DNA of 64,000 nucleotides, taken from assembly GCA_965204115.1 (NCBI GenBank), contig OZ241963.1:468622-532621 (forward strand), in the 5' to 3' direction. The stretch comes from Minisyncoccota bacterium. GTDB lineage: Bacteria > Patescibacteriota > Minisyncoccia > Phycocordibacterales > JABAAK01. Position numbers and translations under genes: made by a program. A model generated the notes under the pieces. It saw nothing but the letters and a program-made list of their open reading frames with translations, had not been told where the DNA came from and did no database searches. Positions 54,448-64,000 of this stretch are shown here, in pieces. Positions within the stretch are counted from its first letter, which is position 1; each line of letters opens with the position of its first letter.

Positions 54448-57400
54448 ATGAGTATTACAAATAAAGTAACCATAGGGTTAGTTTCTCTTGCTTTCATCGT
54501 TTCTCTTATCGCTGTCGGTTCTGCAACCGCGGCGGAGGAATGTGATGATGCCTGTTATCAGGCAAAGATTGCGGATCTTCTTGAACAAATCAAGAACCTG
54601 CAGTCTTCGAGTAGTAGTAGTTCACGGACTGCATACTCCTCGTCCACGACGAGTACCGGAAGCAATGCAGCATGTTCATACACATGGACACGAAACCTCT
54701 CCATAGGATCTACTGGTGATGACGTCCGCCAGTTACAACGATTCCTCAATGGTAACCCTCAAACTCAAGTAGCCGCGTCGGGTGTTGGTTCTCCCGGCAA
54801 TGAAACCAGCTACTATGGACCTGCAACCGCTCGAGCGGTAAGCAAGTTCCAAGAGATGTATGCTGCACAAATCTTGACCCCGCTCGGTCTGACAAAGGGT
54901 ACTGGAGGTTTTTACACCTCAACACGAACACAGGCGAACAAAGTATGCCAGTCAGGCACGGGTAGCAGTTCTGTTTCGGTCAATAGGGCCGGAACACGAT
55001 CAGCGACCACAGCTGCGGTTGTGCGGGTAACGGGTGACGCCCTTGCAGTAACGCCTGGAAATCCAATTAGTGACTCGTATGTTGTGCTTGGCGCGCAACG
55101 AGCACCGTTCACCTCGGTCGTATTGACCGCGGGAACTGATGATGTTCGCATACAAGGCATTCGCATCAAGCGATTCGGCCTTTCTTCATCTGACAACTTC
55201 GACAGCATTGCGTTAGTTGATGCGAACGGTGTGCAAGTTGGCTCCTCTCGATCATTGAACAGTCGGGATGAAGTCAGTTTGGGCAGCAACTTTGTTGTGC
55301 CGGCAAACCGATCAGTAACCCTGGCGATTGTCGCCAATATGATTACTGACGACGCGGACTTCAACTCAGGATCCATTGCGGGTCTTGAAGTTGCTGAAGT
55401 ATCTGCCAACACCCGAGTACAGGGCACCTTCCCGATTCGCGGAGCGGCCCATGTTCTCTCAAGCAGTGTTGACCTGCAGAAAGTTGAAGTTGAAGTGGGT
55501 GGCGGTGGCGGTAGCGTTGAGTTCAATGAGAGCACAGAAGTTGCCTCGATTGACATTGATCTGAGTACCGTAACTGCTGGTGGTGATGATGCCGACAAGG
55601 AAGATGCGTACCTTCGCTCTATCATTCTTGAGCAGGTTGGTAGCGCGGATATTCGAGAAATCGGCGATCTTGAAGTGTTTGTGGATGATGAGACCGTCAA
55701 CCATGTCATCACGGTTGATCGTGACCACTTTATCATCAACTTTGGTGGTAAAGGTGTGTTGATTGAAGAGGGTGATGATGTGGAGATAGTCGTTGAGACG
55801 ACCACCGACCGTGGGTACGAAGAGACCATTCAGTTTGCTGTTGGTAGTCCTTCCGACATCTACATTCTTGGCGCGAGCTACGGCTACGGTCTACCGGTTT
55901 GTTTTGCAGGTGATGATGGTAGCAACACTGGTGGTGACACTGGCGGTGTTGCGTGTGATGGCAGACAGAATGGTAGTGAGACTTGGAAAACCAAGACGAA
56001 CCCCACAAACAAGACGCTCTCGGCAGAGATTTCTTCCGGAGTGGTTGGGAGCGGGAGTCGTCTGAAGCGATTTGAGGATGAGGTTCGATACGGTAACGAC
56101 ATCATCCTCGGTGCATTGTCTGTTGAATTTGAGGGTGAGGATGTGCTGATGGAAGACCTCGTCTTCAAGGTTGAGCTTGATAACTATGACTGGACAAGTG
56201 CTGAAGACAACGCATGGGAAAGTGCTGAAGAAGACACCGTGCGCTTTGACAGCGTGCGTCTGCGAGTAGACGGCGAAGATGTGGCCTACGCTAATGACAG
56301 CGTTGACTTCGACGAGCCGGCTTGTGCTGGTCGTTACAGCAACGATAAGGCCTGTGATGACACTACCACTCCTCCTGCCAGTGATGACGGTCGCCTGACC
56401 GTTGAGTTTGACGGCAGTTTCACGGTTGATGTCCGTGAGGATCGCGAGGTTATCTTTGAGATTGTTGCCGACCTTGACGAGGCGTGGAGTCACTTTGAAG
56501 GTACTAATGTTGAATTCACCCTTACCGATGTGGGTACCGCTGAAGGGTTGAATTCTGAGCGTGACTACACCGCAACCGGTGAGTTCTTCGCGTCTGACCG
56601 TGACTTTGAGGATGTGAGCATTGAAGGTAATGAAGTCACCTTCACGATCAGTGACGACGGCGTGGACGGCGAAAGCTTCGTCAAAGGTGCTAATAGCGTT
56701 GTCTTTGGTACGCTGGAGATTGACGCGAAAGGCGCGATTGACGACATAGAGATGCGTAATCTTTATGTGAGCTTCACAGTTCCTGCTGACACTGGCGACA
56801 CTGCGGATACCCAGAAGACAGGTAATCTGGAACACCTTGATCACTGTCGTATTCTTGACGCTGGTGGTGATGAGATTGCGGACAGCCGTGGCGTGAGTGG
56901 GAAGAATGAGAGCGTAATTCCTGATCCAGCAAGTGCGCCTACTACGTATACACAGGATGCCTTGGTAACCGATCGAGCGCGATTCCGATTTAACAGCTAT
57001 GTTGTTGAGGCGGGTGAGCGCGAGCGCGTTGATATCGTCTGTGATATTAATGACAGGGCGACGCCTGCCGATGAGTATCAGATTATTGTGAATTCAAGCG
57101 CGACTGAATTGAGAGACCAAGACCGCGTAGAGTACCGAATTGGTCGCAGTGACGAAGAGAAAAAGCTTACCAATGCGGATAACTCTTCGCTCATTACCGT
57201 TGACAGTCATGGTATCCTCAAGATCGCGACAGCCAACCCTGATGATAATATAGCCCTGATGGCAGTGGCAACCGGTAGAAGTGGTGCTGATAACATCGCG
57301 GTGCTTGAGATTGAGCTTGAAGCAGACAAGGAGGATATAGAGATTGTTGATGTCTACCTTGGACTTCCGGGAACCCTTGGCGGAGGAACTTCTCTCGGTT

Positions 57401-58398
57401 CTTCTCACGATGCTGCGGGTACGACTGAAGGTAGGGAAGCGTTAGAGAAGGTGTTTGACCGCTTCACCCTGAAGCTCGGCAACACTACTGCTGATGCGGA
57501 TGACTATACTGCAGAAAAGACCTTTACCAGTACTGAATATGTCAACCGAGCCACTGCCGGTAGTGGTGGTGTTGCTCTGGCTGACATTTCAAGTCTGCGC
57601 CTTGTCAAGTTTGATGGTGTGAATGAGACGGTGCAGGACGGTGATGATAATGCCAGGAAGTTTGACCTGACGGTTGACTTTAACGGTATTGACAAGAACG
57701 ACGGTGTTGCCGGTGAGTTCCTCACAGCTGCCAAGTTGTATGTTGTGTGGGAAGGTGATGATAGTGGAACCACCAACCTCACCGTATACCCGGTGGCGAG
57801 TGGTGGTACTATAGATGGTGATGTTACCAAAGCGCTGGCGTTCCCGACGGTGCCTATTGTCTCCTCAACCTCCGGAACCGGTGATGAAGGTAGCGGAAAG
57901 CTTTATGAGTTTACCGTTGCCGCTGATGACGAAGGTGATGTGTACCTCGGTCAAGTCGCACTTAAGGTGGATCTTGATAATGGTGTGACGGTGGCTCACA
58001 CTGGTGCTGACAATGACATTGAGGTTCGCCGAGGCACCTCGAAGAGTGGAAAGTTGGTTGCAAGTGTTGAGATAGGATCTGTTGATGAGATTGTGTTTGA
58101 TGCAGTTGAAGAAATTGGTGCTGGCGAGAGTCAGGTTTACTCTGTGTGGGCTAACACTATCACGCCACACGCAACCAATAATAATCAAAGCATCAAGGTT
58201 CAATTGCTTGTTGATAATACGAATCCAGGAGGCGCATCAATTGGTCGAACGTTTGATAGTCTTAGTATCGCCAACTTTATTTGGTCGCCGAACACCTTGG
58301 ACAAAGATGGATCTAAAGCTTCCGACAACACTGATTGGTTCTCCGGATGGGGCATCTTTGAATCGTTTGATGTTAGCAGGTGGACAACTGACGTATAG
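54448..58398 (+). CDS. Large acidic S-layer-like surface protein with N-terminal peptidoglycan-binding domain
   Basis: Signal ..SATA; short coiled coil; RNLSIGSTGDDVRQLQRFLN..YYGPATARAVSKFQ; long D/E/T/V beta-rich body. Confidence 0.8.
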   Translation: MSITNKVTIGLVSLAFIVSLIAVGSATAAEECDDACYQAKIADLLEQIKNLQSSSSSSSRTAYSSSTTSTGSNAACSYTWTRNLSIGSTGDDVRQLQRFLNGNPQTQVAASGVGSPGNETSYYGPATARAVSKFQEMYAAQILTPLGLTKGTGGFYTSTRTQANKVCQSGTGSSSVSVNRAGTRSATTAAVVRVTGDALAVTPGNPISDSYVVLGAQRAPFTSVVLTAGTDDVRIQGIRIKRFGLSSSDNFDSIALVDANGVQVGSSRSLNSRDEVSLGSNFVVPANRSVTLAIVANMITDDADFNSGSIAGLEVAEVSANTRVQGTFPIRGAAHVLSSSVDLQKVEVEVGGGGGSVEFNESTEVASIDIDLSTVTAGGDDADKEDAYLRSIILEQVGSADIREIGDLEVFVDDETVNHVITVDRDHFIINFGGKGVLIEEGDDVEIVVETTTDRGYEETIQFAVGSPSDIYILGASYGYGLPVCFAGDDGSNTGGDTGGVACDGRQNGSETWKTKTNPTNKTLSAEISSGVVGSGSRLKRFEDEVRYGNDIILGALSVEFEGEDVLMEDLVFKVELDNYDWTSAEDNAWESAEEDTVRFDSVRLRVDGEDVAYANDSVDFDEPACAGRYSNDKACDDTTTPPASDDGRLTVEFDGSFTVDVREDREVIFEIVADLDEAWSHFEGTNVEFTLTDVGTAEGLNSERDYTATGEFFASDRDFEDVSIEGNEVTFTISDDGVDGESFVKGANSVVFGTLEIDAKGAIDDIEMRNLYVSFTVPADTGDTADTQKTGNLEHLDHCRILDAGGDEIADSRGVSGKNESVIPDPASAPTTYTQDALVTDRARFRFNSYVVEAGERERVDIVCDINDRATPADEYQIIVNSSATELRDQDRVEYRIGRSDEEKKLTNADNSSLITVDSHGILKIATANPDDNIALMAVATGRSGADNIAVLEIELEADKEDIEIVDVYLGLPGTLGGGTSLGSSHDAAGTTEGREALEKVFDRFTLKLGNTTADADDYTAEKTFTSTEYVNRATAGSGGVALADISSLRLVKFDGVNETVQDGDDNARKFDLTVDFNGIDKNDGVAGEFLTAAKLYVVWEGDDSGTTNLTVYPVASGGTIDGDVTKALAFPTVPIVSSTSGTGDEGSGKLYEFTVAADDEGDVYLGQVALKVDLDNGVTVAHTGADNDIEVRRGTSKSGKLVASVEIGSVDEIVFDAVEEIGAGESQVYSVWANTITPHATNNNQSIKVQLLVDNTNPGGASIGRTFDSLSIANFIWSPNTLDKDGSKASDNTDWFSGWGIFESFDVSRWTTDV

Positions 58399-58469
58399 TA
58401 ACAGAGAGCTGACATAGCAACGACAACACAAAATTTGTTCTTACCTAAAAAATAAGAACAAAGAACCCA

Positions 58470-58511
58470 AAACCCCCCACCCCCTTCATTGCGGGTGGGG
58501 GCTTTGGTTTT
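58470..58511 (+). terminator. Terminator hairpin
   Basis: CCCCCACCC..GGGTGGGGG then T-rich tail. Confidence 0.65.
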
Positions 58512-58597
58512 GTATATTATAGCCGTAGTATTTACTTGAATTCGTGCTTGATTATTTGGCGTTTGTGTTATTCCTCCGCTTTGTGTATAGTGATTGT

Positions 58598-59287
58598 ATG
58601 AGTAAACAGAGAAGAAATATGAAGTACTGGAAGGGGATTGTGGCAGCTAAGGATGCAAAAAATGAAAAATTGGAGGAAAGGGTTCAATCTCTTTCAGAGG
58701 ATAATGAGTCACTTTACAAGGAGTGTTCGGATAAAGATGGTGAGATAAATTCCCTCAGAGATAGTGTTGCGTCAAAAGATACTAAGATTGAGGAACTGGT
58801 TGCTGAAAATAATTTTTTGAAAGAGGAGGCAGACAGTTTTCAGACGAAAAGATTAGCCGATGCTTTCGAAAAGGCTGGTGTTGAGTATGAGGGGGACTCT
58901 AAGAGGTGGCTTCATGTCACTGCGTTTATGTTGCTGCTTGCTTTTGCTGTTGCCTTACTTTGTTTTCATTATTCTATTGTGTATAGCATTAATTGGGAGG
59001 GTAGGCTGTACTTACTGCCTGTTTCTGGTGTGGTGGTTTACGCCCTCTATTTTTGTGCCAGGCAGTATTCTTTATACAGAAACTTGTGTATTGACATGAA
59101 GCATAGGCAGGTTTTGGCGCAGAGTTATTACAATATACTCAGAAGTACGGAGGATGAGGAGATCCGACCTATACTTGCCAGCAAAGTCGTTGAGTTTATA
59201 ACAACACCCCCGCACACAAAAGAAGACAAGATGGGAACCCCACTTGAAATCATTACGGACATCGCGAGCAAAGGTATGAGTAAATAA
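58598..59287 (+). CDS. Coiled-coil + 2TM hypothetical protein
   Basis: Heptad N-terminal half, two TM helices; TATAGT 6 nt before ATG. Confidence 0.75.
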   Translation: MSKQRRNMKYWKGIVAAKDAKNEKLEERVQSLSEDNESLYKECSDKDGEINSLRDSVASKDTKIEELVAENNFLKEEADSFQTKRLADAFEKAGVEYEGDSKRWLHVTAFMLLLAFAVALLCFHYSIVYSINWEGRLYLLPVSGVVVYALYFCARQYSLYRNLCIDMKHRQVLAQSYYNILRSTEDEEIRPILASKVVEFITTPPHTKEDKMGTPLEIITDIASKGMSK

Positions 59288-59321
59288 TGCGGCTTCGTGG
59301 AGTGTGTTATACTTCCTGCAC

Positions 59322-59633
59322 ATGAGTAACAGGCTGAAAAGTGCATTGCTTTTTATTGGGGCTGCGTTTCTCTTGTTTGCGCTTGTCGATGGTTTGCCGT
59401 ATGGGTACTTTACGCTGTTGCGGTTTGTTGTGTGTGCTGTGTCGGTCGGCGTTGCGGCGTTTTCGTATAAGATGGAGAAGATGTGGGTGGTTTGGCTGTT
59501 TGGTTTTGTCGCTGTGCTGTTCAATCCGTTGATACCGATACACCTCACTCGTGAGATATGGGTTGTTATAGATGTCGCCATTGCAGCACTCTTTGTCGCC
59601 TCGGCATTCTTACTGCGATCAAAAGATAAGTAG
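59322..59633 (+). CDS. Small membrane protein (DUF6804-like)
   Basis: LPYGYFTLLRFVV, AVLFNPLIPIHL.REIW..ID. Confidence 0.75.
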   Translation: MSNRLKSALLFIGAAFLLFALVDGLPYGYFTLLRFVVCAVSVGVAAFSYKMEKMWVVWLFGFVAVLFNPLIPIHLTREIWVVIDVAIAALFVASAFLLRSKDK

Positions 59634-59750
59634 CGTCTAAGGTGTGTTGGCGGGGTTTCAAGCGTGGTTTTATTAGGCAGATATCCTCTTTTGGGGTGCT
59701 TGGGGTTGAGGTGAAATAAAGGGATTATACTGTTTATAGAAACACATTAT

Positions 59751-60941
59751 ATGAGCAAAATAGAATTTATAAATAAAGAAAACTTGCAGTGGGCACGTCA
59801 GCGATCTGGGTTTGATTTTCCTCACATATACAAGAAAGCTGCTTGGAGTCCTGATACAGAGAAAATACAAAAGTGGGAGAGTGGAGAGGGTTTTCCGACT
59901 ATAAGTGAGTTGCGAAAACTTGGAGAGGTATACAAGCGTCCGTGGGTGCTTTTTATACTCAAGGAGAATGTGAATCGTCTCGGCTTTAAACCTCTGGAAT
60001 TCAGAAAGATATTTGGTGTGGGGCAGGCGATGACGCTTGCACCGCCAGCCCTGTTTGAGTTTTTGAATGAATTAAAAAACAGGCAGGATTTTTTAATAGA
60101 ATTTGCTGCAGATCTTGACCTGGAGGACAATTCGTTGGTCGGTTCGTGTCAAGGTGTGAATGATAAGAAAACCGTTGCAAGAAAAATTATTTCCCATACC
60201 GGAATTGATATGGCTACTTTTCGGGAAAAGCAGACACGGCGGGAGGGATTTAATTATCTGGTGGAATGCCTCGAAAGAAAAAATATTTTTGTTTCGCTGA
60301 CTGGCTTTCATCATCGCAAAGACATTCCTCTTGAGCAGATGCGAGGAGTTTTATTGAATTCTGATGTGGCGCCGATTATTGGGATTAACGCAAAGAATGA
60401 ATCCTATGGGGCGAAAATTTTTACCATCTTTCATGAGCTTGTGCATTTATTCAGAGGAGATTCGTTTAATGGAGGTGCGGAGATTACAAAAATTAATTTT
60501 CGCAACAAGGTAGACGCTAAGAATGATAAGGAGTCTTTTTGTGATAGTGTTGCTGCGTTTATTCTTGTGCCAGACGATGAGCTAAGGAATATTGATGGTC
60601 CTATTGGAAAGGAATTAATTGAGCAAGAGTGTAAGAGGTTAAAGGTTAACCATCAGCCGTTGTTGTATAGGATGCAAGATTTTGGGCTGTTGGATCGGAA
60701 GGAGGTTGGTGAACTGTTGCGTAAACTTAAAGAAGACAAGATAGATTCACTCAAGAAGTCCCAAGACGAAGGGAAGGAAGGTGGTCCTGACGGAGGGTTT
60801 CTCAAAATGCTGCAAAATGGTAGGGCATTTGTGCATGCTGTTAATGCGGTGTACTCTCAAGGAAGGATAACCTTTACGCAGGCGCTTAATGTTCTTGGCG
60901 TAAAAGCGAAAACCTATAAGAAGTTCGCCGCCAGCATATGA
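59751..60941 (+). CDS. XRE-HTH + ImmA/IrrE metallopeptidase
   Basis: LQWARQRSG..KWESGEGFPT HTH; IFTIFHELVHL; ESFCDSVAAFILVP. Confidence 0.9.
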   Translation: MSKIEFINKENLQWARQRSGFDFPHIYKKAAWSPDTEKIQKWESGEGFPTISELRKLGEVYKRPWVLFILKENVNRLGFKPLEFRKIFGVGQAMTLAPPALFEFLNELKNRQDFLIEFAADLDLEDNSLVGSCQGVNDKKTVARKIISHTGIDMATFREKQTRREGFNYLVECLERKNIFVSLTGFHHRKDIPLEQMRGVLLNSDVAPIIGINAKNESYGAKIFTIFHELVHLFRGDSFNGGAEITKINFRNKVDAKNDKESFCDSVAAFILVPDDELRNIDGPIGKELIEQECKRLKVNHQPLLYRMQDFGLLDRKEVGELLRKLKEDKIDSLKKSQDEGKEGGPDGGFLKMLQNGRAFVHAVNAVYSQGRITFTQALNVLGVKAKTYKKFAASI

Positions 60942-61459
60942 GTACTGGATTGGAAAAATATTGTCTTGACACAAACTGCTTTATTGAGCCGTGGAATAGT
61001 TTTTATTCTTACAAATCACATAAGTCGTACTGGGAAGATTTTGTACTGCCAGAGATCACGGCTGGTCGTCTTATTGTGCTGGACGAGGTTTACCAGGAGC
61101 TTTCGCGAAAGGGGGATGATTTGTTTAAGTGGTTGAAAGGGCATAAGATCAAGGACAGTGGTGTAGTTATAGAGACAGACGTGGATCTCGCTTTACAAGT
61201 GCAAGATCTTTTGGAGAAGTACCCGAGACTGGTTGATAGTAGGAGAGGTCGGTCAGCCGCTGATCCTTTTTTGGTAGAGTATGCGAAGGGAAACGCTGTT
61301 CCTCTCATTACTCTTGAGATGCCGAGTGGTAACCTGGATAAACCAAAGATTCCTGATGTTTGTAAAGCGGAATCAGCTGAGTGTATTAGTTTTTATGAGT
61401 ATATTGACAGGGTGGGTATCTCATTTAAGGTTGAGCAGAGTAAAAAGAAGGGAAGGTAG
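60938..61459 (+). CDS. DUF4411 family PIN-like protein
   Basis: YCLDTNCFI, VYQEL, ADPFLV, KIPDVC; ATGA-coupled to the ImmA/IrrE gene. Confidence 0.85.
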   Translation: MSTGLEKYCLDTNCFIEPWNSFYSYKSHKSYWEDFVLPEITAGRLIVLDEVYQELSRKGDDLFKWLKGHKIKDSGVVIETDVDLALQVQDLLEKYPRLVDSRRGRSAADPFLVEYAKGNAVPLITLEMPSGNLDKPKIPDVCKAESAECISFYEYIDRVGISFKVEQSKKKGR

Positions 61460-61552
61460 TAGACTTTAGAATATCCTTGAGTGTGGGTGGTGGGAAGTGT
61501 TGGTTTTCCACGGGGGTAGGGGGGTTTGTGGGGTGTGTTATACTTTTAGCAT

Positions 61553-62701
61553 ATGGAAGGAAAAAAGATTGGGGCAATTGTTATTATTTTAATTATTTTG
61601 GCGGTGGGATACTCTTTGTTGCGGGGAGGCGATCCGACGGGTGACGATGATGGTGTTATTACCATCGGGTTTATCGGTCCGTTGACGGGGGATGCGGTGA
61701 GTTATGGTGAGCCGATCAGTAATAGTGTGCGTATGGCGGTTGATGTTGTTAACGAGGCCGGTGGTGTGAATGGTCGGATGATTGAGGTTGTTTATGAGGA
61801 TGGTCGGTGTACGAGTGAGGATGCCCTGAACGCGGCGCAAAAATTGGTGAATATTGACGGTGTGAAAATGATTATTGGTGGTGTGTGTAGCGGAGAGACC
61901 TTTGCTCTGCTGCCGGTTGCTGAAGAGGCGGGGGTGGTTGTTATCTCGCCGTCGTCAACGAGTCCTGATTTGACCGGGATCAGTCCGTATTTCTTCCGAA
62001 ACGCTCCGTCTGATGATGAAGGCGGCAGACGGCTTGCGCAGCTTGCGACGAAGGACTATACAAAGATTGCGCTTATTTCTGAGGAGACCGATTATGCACA
62101 GGGATTTGCGCGGGTGTTTCGGGAATCCGTGTTTCTGAACGATGGGGAGGTTGTCGCTGACGAGAACTTTGCGCCGGAGACCTCTGACTTCAGGAGTATT
62201 TTGACAAAAATCAAGGCAGCAGCGCCGGAAGCGATATTTGTGAACCCGCAGACAGAGATAGCCGGGGGTACTATCGTCAAACAGGCGCGAGAGCTCGGCA
62301 TCACGGCATCACTCTTTGGGTCTAATGTGACCGGTGGTGCTCGGTCAGCGGAGATTGCCGGAGATCACACAGAAGGACTGGTGTTTGTTGATGCGCCGGG
62401 GCTCAGTCCGGATAACCCGAAGGCGGTCGCATTTCTTGATGGGTATCGCACGCGTTATGGCGGTGAGCCGGGTATAGAGTTCTATGCCGGTTCAGCGCAT
62501 GATATTGTTTCCATTTTCGCGCAGGCGATAGAGATGGCCGGCTCAGCAGACGACACTGAGGTACTTCGTGATTATATCAGCACTATGGGGAACTTTAACG
62601 GTGTTGTCGGCAGTTACCGCTTCCGACCTGACGGCGATCCTGAAGGTATTGAGTTTATTGTGAAGCGAATTGAAGGAGGAGAGGTTGTGGTGGTGGAATA
62701 G
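61553..62701 (+). CDS. Branched-chain amino acid ABC transporter substrate-binding protein (LivJ/K-like)
   Basis: IGFIGPLTGDA, NEAGGVNGR, IIGGVCSG, FFRNAPSD, DFRSILTKIK. Confidence 0.92.
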   Translation: MEGKKIGAIVIILIILAVGYSLLRGGDPTGDDDGVITIGFIGPLTGDAVSYGEPISNSVRMAVDVVNEAGGVNGRMIEVVYEDGRCTSEDALNAAQKLVNIDGVKMIIGGVCSGETFALLPVAEEAGVVVISPSSTSPDLTGISPYFFRNAPSDDEGGRRLAQLATKDYTKIALISEETDYAQGFARVFRESVFLNDGEVVADENFAPETSDFRSILTKIKAAAPEAIFVNPQTEIAGGTIVKQARELGITASLFGSNVTGGARSAEIAGDHTEGLVFVDAPGLSPDNPKAVAFLDGYRTRYGGEPGIEFYAGSAHDIVSIFAQAIEMAGSADDTEVLRDYISTMGNFNGVVGSYRFRPDGDPEGIEFIVKRIEGGEVVVVE

Positions 62702-62867
62702 GGCACTCTTTTTCTCGTGTTATAAAAATCACCAAGCGCACAGCTTGGTGGTTTTTGTTTTATGGGGACACCTCCTTGACTTTTGTCGGTACTCTCGGTA
62801 CTGTATAGGTAGTGCCTGGTGATATGTGTTTTTGGTTAGTTCATAACCATAAATGGAGGTTGACGAT

Positions 62868-63251
62868 ATGAGTCGGAGAAAAGCTGGACAGATGATCAGT
62901 GTGTTTACCATGTTGCTTGTTACCCTTCTCGCCGTGGCACTGCGCAGTGATAGTGTTGTGCATAGTCTTTTTGGTGTTTCGGCGATCGGAGTGCTTGCGT
63001 TTCTTTGCGGGTTTTTCTTGCTTAAGACGTTCTTCTCGTTTGGGGAGGTGTGTAAAAGATCACTCCATGGACTTTTAAAGGCGGGATATGTCCTTTGTTT
63101 TGCGCTCATCCTTATGATCCTTGCTGTTACTTGCGTCGGGGAATCTCCGGATCGCAATTCTGGTTTTTTGGTTGCGACGCTTTCTTTTGCCGGCGGCATG
63201 TTGATACATGAGGTGTCGCAGACTGATATTCATGGTGGTGGGTGGGTGTAG
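62868..63251 (+). CDS. 4-TM hypothetical membrane protein
   Basis: TTGACT-17-TACTGT promoter, GGAGGT SD, hydrophobic ORF, terminator after. Confidence 0.65.
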   Translation: MSRRKAGQMISVFTMLLVTLLAVALRSDSVVHSLFGVSAIGVLAFLCGFFLLKTFFSFGEVCKRSLHGLLKAGYVLCFALILMILAVTCVGESPDRNSGFLVATLSFAGGMLIHEVSQTDIHGGGWV

Positions 63252-63261
63252 CCACTTTTTT

Positions 63262-63293
63262 GCGGCAAGCGCTTTGCTTGCCGCTTCTTTTTT
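63262..63293. terminator. Terminator hairpin
   Basis: GCGGCAAGC-gcttt-GCTTGCCGC then T-run. Confidence 0.75.
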
Positions 63294-63323
63294 GTGCTTG
63301 ATGGTATAAGAAAAACCCGCACC

Positions 63324-63515
63324 TTAGTGCGGATTTTTATTTTTCTCTCTTATTTTTCTCATGACACCTTTTGTTATTCGTTTTTTTACCCAAAGGTGTC
63401 GTATTTCAAAGATTGCTCTGAAGCAGGTTCTCTTAATGATATATTTAATGCCCAAGTGCTCCACCTCAAAGCACACTTTGTCTATAGCTCTATACATTTT
63501 TTCTATCACTCTCAT
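63324..63515 (-). CDS. 63-aa basic small protein
   Basis: AGGAGGTG SD before ATG; hairpin 63311-63338 overlaps the stop. Confidence 0.5.
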   Translation of the reverse strand: MRVIEKMYRAIDKVCFEVEHLGIKYIIKRTCFRAIFEIRHLWVKKRITKGVMRKIREKNKNPH

Positions 63516-63654
63516 CTCTCACCTCCTGTCTATGTTATACCATATATATATTTTTTTGCAAGTAATTCTGGCGATGCCCTGCATATATACAGTAAAAAGG
63601 GCTTCCTCGAGAGAGGATAGCCCTTTTTGCTGAAAAACCTTTAGAATAAATGGT

Positions 63655-64000
63655 TTATTGGTTGCTTTTTGCAAGCAAGGCAGCAAGTTCTGCCTGCAAA
63701 CGAAGTAACTTCTGCTCAATTCGTTTTATCTTCTCAGCATTCCCTTGTTGATTAGAATTCCGTAAAGCAGCAATTTCTTTACCCAGCTGATCTACCTCAC
63801 CTCTAATTCGCTCTCTCTCAACTCCGTCATCCTGCTGCTCTATATGACGACCATGTTCCTCAACGGGACATCCACGAATCGGCGAGGTTTCTGCAACATC
63901 AGAACCATCCTCCTTCGTAAAGCCAATCTCGGTTTTCGGCATAATGTTGCGGGTGGTTTGTCCTTCGTTGCCGTCCTCCAGCGTAAACCATACCAAGCCG
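63655..64000 (-). CDS. C-terminal part of a protein ending in a coiled coil (truncated by window)
   Basis: Frame open to window edge; heptad C-terminus. Confidence 0.55.
   Translation of the reverse strand, partial: GLVWFTLEDGNEGQTTRNIMPKTEIGFTKEDGSDVAETSPIRGCPVEEHGRHIEQQDDGVERERIRGEVDQLGKEIAALRNSNQQGNAEKIKRIEQKLLRLQAELAALLAKSNQ

Noticed and set aside
62765-62870. Anti-SD ACCTCC sequestering the SD of the 62868 gene
   Set aside because: It lies upstream of the likely promoter (TTGACT-17-TACTGT), so it is probably not transcribed with the gene

Overview
Chromosomal segment of a small-genome bacterium, most likely Patescibacteria/CPR (Parcubacteria-like). The evidence is short housekeeping genes in scrambled order (polA 3' end, holA-like, ruvA, rpsT, split metG, clpP, HU, sod, rluA-family, rpsF-ssb-rpsR, efp, recA, ftsK), three tRNA genes without encoded CCA (Lys-TTT, Ser-TGA, Val-TAC), a large acidic S-layer-like protein, and a -10 box 6-8 nt before the ATG of most genes (leaderless-type). 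About 27 kb (13.4-40.0 kb) is a cell-surface accessory region. It holds three Cys-rich modular secreted proteins (TSP1-like, Ig-like and peptidoglycan-binding modules, plus Tyr-Ser-Pro-Arg repeats shared at DNA level) and four paralogous exported genes carrying six copies of an uncharacterised His/Cys domain. One of these looks like a polyprotein with internal signal-peptidase-like sites, and two are fused to a cupredoxin lacking the Cys ligand. Two Shine-Dalgarno-led genes here look foreign (a HEXXH lipoprotein and an FG-GAP/ASPIC-UnbV/dockerin-like protein). The leading novel-system hypothesis, which is inference only, is an extracellular copper-dependent system acting on Tyr-rich surface adhesins. 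Also notable are a tRNA-Ser-derived structured repeat and a dispersed palindromic motif family beside AT-rich HTH-bearing accessory genes. No CRISPR array, integrase, transposase or reverse transcriptase was recognised. Family names come from motif recognition, not database searches.
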